A stretch of 64,000 nt of DNA. It comes from Fidelibacterota bacterium (GTDB lineage: Bacteria > Fidelibacterota > UBA2242). Shown here one piece after another: positions 60,630-64,000 of the stretch (positions within the stretch are counted from its first letter, which is position 1; every line of letters begins with the position of its first letter). Made by a program: the position numbers and the translations under genes. A model generated the notes under the pieces. It made no database searches, was not told the origin of the DNA, and saw only the letters and a program-made list of their open reading frames with translations. The stretch spans positions 34,360-98,359 of the forward strand of contig JBNGDF010000006.1 of NCBI GenBank assembly GCA_049975265.1, given 5' to 3'.

Positions 60630-63600
60630 ATGATTCGAAACATACCATTCAGACGATTCGCCGATGGCTCGCTTCCAAAACAGGGGCTGTACGATCCCCG
60701 TCATGAACATGACAGCTGCGGTATCGGCTTCGTCGCCGATCTCGATGGAATTCCCAAGCACCGGCTGATCTCCGACGGTATCATGATCCTGACCAACCTG
60801 GAACACCGCGGTGCAGTGGGCGGCGATAAAGCCACCGGTGACGGCGCCGGTCTGCTGATCCAGATTCCCGACGAATTCTTCAGGCTCAACTGCTCGGAAA
60901 TAAAGCTCCCAGCTCCGGGCGAATACTCCGTGGCAATGGTCTTTTTACCGACCCGCCGACAACTCGCCGAACGCTGCCGGAAGCTGATCGAAAGGACTGT
61001 GGAATCCGAAGGGTGCGAGATGCTGGGCTGGCGTCAGGTGCCCACTGATCGTTCCGGACTCGGCGCCCTGGCAAAATCCACCGAACCCGTCATTAATCAG
61101 CTGTTTATCGCCCGGGGCTCCATTGCTCAAAACCGCTTCGAACAGAAGCTGTACGTCATCCGCCGCAGCGTGGAAAAAGCCGCTGCCGCCTGGAAAACCG
61201 ACACCACACAATTCTACATCTCCTCTATGTCCAGTCGTATCATCGTCTACAAAGGTTTACTAACCGGTACCCAGTTACCGCAATACTATCCCGATCTGTG
61301 CCAGCCCACTCTGAAAAGCGCCTTTACACTCCTTCATCAGCGCTTCAGCACCAATACCCTGCCCGGTTGGAATCTGGCTCAGCCCTTCCGGTATATCGCC
61401 CATAACGGCGAAATTAATACACTCCAGGGCAATATCTTTCGGATGAAAGCCCGCGAGGCGTTTCTGAAATCCCCCGTTTTCGGTGAAGATATCGAAAAAC
61501 TCAAACCGATTATCCTAGAAAGCGGCAGCGATTCGGCTATTTTCGACAATGTTCTGGAACTGCTGGTACTGGCGGGGCGCTCCCTGCCACATGCCATGAT
61601 GATGATGGTCCCGGAAGCCTACGGTCCGCGAATCCAGATGAGTGAAGACAAACGCGCCTTTTACGAATTCCATTCCTCAATCATGGAGCCCTGGGACGGT
61701 CCGGCGTCACTGGTATTCACCGACGGACGCTATATCGGCGGCACCCTGGACCGCAACGGTCTGCGCCCCAGCCGTTATACAATTACCAAAAACGGCTGCA
61801 TCGTCATGGCGTCGGAATCGGGGGTGCTGGATTTCCGGGGCGGAGACATCCGCAGCCGCGGACGTCTGCAACCGGGTAAAATGTTCCTCGTTGATCTGCA
61901 GCAAAATCGGGTCATTCCCGACAATGAGATCAAGGCAAAGATTTCCCGCCAGAAACCCTATCGCCGCTGGATTCGGGACAAGCGGATCGAGCTGCGCGGG
62001 CTCTTTGCACCCTCTCACACTCCCCGCATCGAGAAACAGGAGCTGCTCCGCCTCCAGCACTCCTTTGGGTATACCGACGAGGAGTTATTAATGATCATCA
62101 ATCCGATGGCTTCCCGGGGACAGGAAGCCATTGGTTCCATGGGCAATGATACTCCCTTGGCGGTGCTTTCCTCCAAGCCCCAACTGCTGTTCAATTATTT
62201 CAAACAGCGTTTTGCTCAGGTTACCAATCCGCCGATTGATCCGCTCCGGGAAGAGCTGGTCATGTCGCTGGAGAGTTTTCTGGGTCGGGAGAGCAACCTG
62301 CTGGAAGAGACTCCCGATCAATACCGCGGTCTGAAACTGGCACATCCCATCCTGACGATTCGGGATATGCTGCGCATGCGTGAAGCCGAGCAGATGGACC
62401 TGAAATCCGCCGAGCTGAATATGCTGTTTACGGTAACTCAGCCTTTGGAAGAAGCCCTGGAATTTCTCTTCCGGCAAGCCGAAATGGCAATTAAAGACGG
62501 TGCCTCTCTTCTGATTCTGACTGACAGACAGATTGCCAAAGATCAGGCAGCCATTCCGTCTCTGCTGGCAGCCGCCGGGCTGCATCATCATCTCATCCGC
62601 AAAGGGCTGCGTAATTCCGTGGGCATTATTGTCGAAACGGCGGAGGTTCGGGAAGTCTTCCATTTTGCCTTATTAATCGGCTACGGCGTGGACGCAGTCT
62701 GCCCCTATCTGGCGCTTTATACCGTCCGGGATTTGGCGGAATCAAAGCTGCTGGAACGGGAAATTTCCGCCGTGGAGGCGCAGGACGCTTACATCACCGC
62801 CGTAAAGAAGGGTTTGTTGAAAACCTTCAGCCGGATGGGAATTTCCACCGTGCACAGCTTCTTCGGATCCCAGATTTTCGAAGCCCTCGGACTGGATCGG
62901 AGCGTCGTCGATACCTATTTTACCGGAACACCGAGTCGCATCGGCGGCATCGGTTTAAATGATATCGCCAAAGAACGCCTGGAACTGCATATCAAAGGTT
63001 TTCCGGAAAACGGTGAAGTCGCACCTCTTTTAGAAAGCGGTGGTAATTATCGGCTGCGCACCGATGGTGAAAAGCATTTCTGGAATACGGAAACCATCTA
63101 CAAACTGCAACATGCTACCCGGGTAGACAGCTATTCGGTTTTTAAGGAATATACAACTTTAATCGATCAAAAATCCGCGGATCACCGGACATTGCGCAGT
63201 CTGCTGACATTCAAGCCGAGCCAACCCATACCCCTTCACGAAGTCGAACCGGTGGAAAACATCGTCAAACGCTTTGTCTCGGCGGCGATGTCCTTCGGCT
63301 CCATCAGCAGAGAGGCGCATGAGACTATTGCCATTGCCATGAACCGGCTGGGCGCCCGAAGCAACTCCGGCGAAGGCGGCGAGGACCCGGTTCGCTCCAA
63401 ACTGCAGGATAACGGCGACAGTTTACGCTCCCGGATCAGACAGATTGCCTCGGGACGCTTCGGTGTGACCACGGAATATCTGATCCATGCCGATGAAATT
63501 CAGATCAAAACGGCTCAGGGGGCAAAACCAGGTGAAGGTGGTCAGCTGCCGGGTCACAAGGTCAGTCTGGAAATCGCCGCCGTCCGGCACACAATTCCAG

Positions 63601-64000
63601 GTGTAACACTGATATCACCACCGCCCCATCACGATATCTACTCCATCGAAGACCTGGCGCAGCTGATCTACGATCTGAAAACCATCAATCCCACCGCCCG
63701 GATATCGGTCAAACTGGTCTCAGAAGCAGGTGTCGGAACGATCGCTGCCGGAGTGGCAAAAGGCAAAGCCGATACAGTGCTGATCTGCGGGCAGGACGGC
63801 GGCACCGGTGCTTCACCCTTAACCGCCATCAAACATGCCGGACTCCCCTGGGAACTGGGGCTGGCAGAAGTCCAACAGGTGCTGACAGCCAATCGGCTGC
63901 GCGACCGGATTCGGGTCCAGGTGGACGGACAGTTAAAAACCGGACGCGATCTGGCAATCGCCGCTCTTTTGGGTGCCGAAGAATTCGGGTTCGGTACATC
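60630..64000 (+). CDS. gltB: Glutamate synthase large subunit (3' end beyond the window)
   Basis: Not in the ORF track; translated by hand from ATG 60630. Motifs [77 protein letters not shown]. Confidence 0.97.
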   Translation, partial: MIRNIPFRRFADGSLPKQGLYDPRHEHDSCGIGFVADLDGIPKHRLISDGIMILTNLEHRGAVGGDKATGDGAGLLIQIPDEFFRLNCSEIKLPAPGEYSVAMVFLPTRRQLAERCRKLIERTVESEGCEMLGWRQVPTDRSGLGALAKSTEPVINQLFIARGSIAQNRFEQKLYVIRRSVEKAAAAWKTDTTQFYISSMSSRIIVYKGLLTGTQLPQYYPDLCQPTLKSAFTLLHQRFSTNTLPGWNLAQPFRYIAHNGEINTLQGNIFRMKAREAFLKSPVFGEDIEKLKPIILESGSDSAIFDNVLELLVLAGRSLPHAMMMMVPEAYGPRIQMSEDKRAFYEFHSSIMEPWDGPASLVFTDGRYIGGTLDRNGLRPSRYTITKNGCIVMASESGVLDFRGGDIRSRGRLQPGKMFLVDLQQNRVIPDNEIKAKISRQKPYRRWIRDKRIELRGLFAPSHTPRIEKQELLRLQHSFGYTDEELLMIINPMASRGQEAIGSMGNDTPLAVLSSKPQLLFNYFKQRFAQVTNPPIDPLREELVMSLESFLGRESNLLEETPDQYRGLKLAHPILTIRDMLRMREAEQMDLKSAELNMLFTVTQPLEEALEFLFRQAEMAIKDGASLLILTDRQIAKDQAAIPSLLAAAGLHHHLIRKGLRNSVGIIVETAEVREVFHFALLIGYGVDAVCPYLALYTVRDLAESKLLEREISAVEAQDAYITAVKKGLLKTFSRMGISTVHSFFGSQIFEALGLDRSVVDTYFTGTPSRIGGIGLNDIAKERLELHIKGFPENGEVAPLLESGGNYRLRTDGEKHFWNTETIYKLQHATRVDSYSVFKEYTTLIDQKSADHRTLRSLLTFKPSQPIPLHEVEPVENIVKRFVSAAMSFGSISREAHETIAIAMNRLGARSNSGEGGEDPVRSKLQDNGDSLRSRIRQIASGRFGVTTEYLIHADEIQIKTAQGAKPGEGGQLPGHKVSLEIAAVRHTIPGVTLISPPPHHDIYSIEDLAQLIYDLKTINPTARISVKLVSEAGVGTIAAGVAKGKADTVLICGQDGGTGASPLTAIKHAGLPWELGLAEVQQVLTANRLRDRIRVQVDGQLKTGRDLAIAALLGAEEFGFGT

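Overview
A gene-dense, mostly housekeeping stretch of a diderm bacterial chromosome, probably from an FCB-superphylum lineage outside Bacteroidota. That placement is an inference from LPS WaaA, a PNPFN-type C-terminal sorting tail, a Bacteroidota-like truncated glycogen-synthase/lipoprotein pair, and Shine-Dalgarno sites with sigma70-type promoters. Nearly all genes from 1 to 53.5 kb lie on the minus strand: mreBCD-mrdA-rodA, purN/purH, mtaB, rimO, ftsY, waaA, tatC, guaB, hutH, hflX, rpe, rsmB-fmt-def-yajC, nadAB, tgt, radA, an Omp85-type protein, an M1 peptidase and hutI. From 53.6 kb they lie on the plus strand: an amidase, hutU, a GNAT, a RimK-like ligase, pdaD, a phosphatase and the 5' part of gltB. 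I saw no rRNA, tRNA, CRISPR array or mobile element. The most notable items are: (1) an in-frame fusion of a complete CDP-alcohol phosphatidyltransferase (PgsA-like) to the SRP receptor FtsY; (2) a 64-aa twin-arginine-leader His/Pro-rich peptide gene with its own promoter, RBS and terminator; (3) a RimK-family ATP-grasp gene split by one in-frame TAA; (4) a peptidase/beta-propeller/Omp85 hybrid; (5) a kinase-less PASTA protein in the PrkC position of the fmt-rsmB-rpe operon. All calls come from motif recognition by eye; no searches were run.
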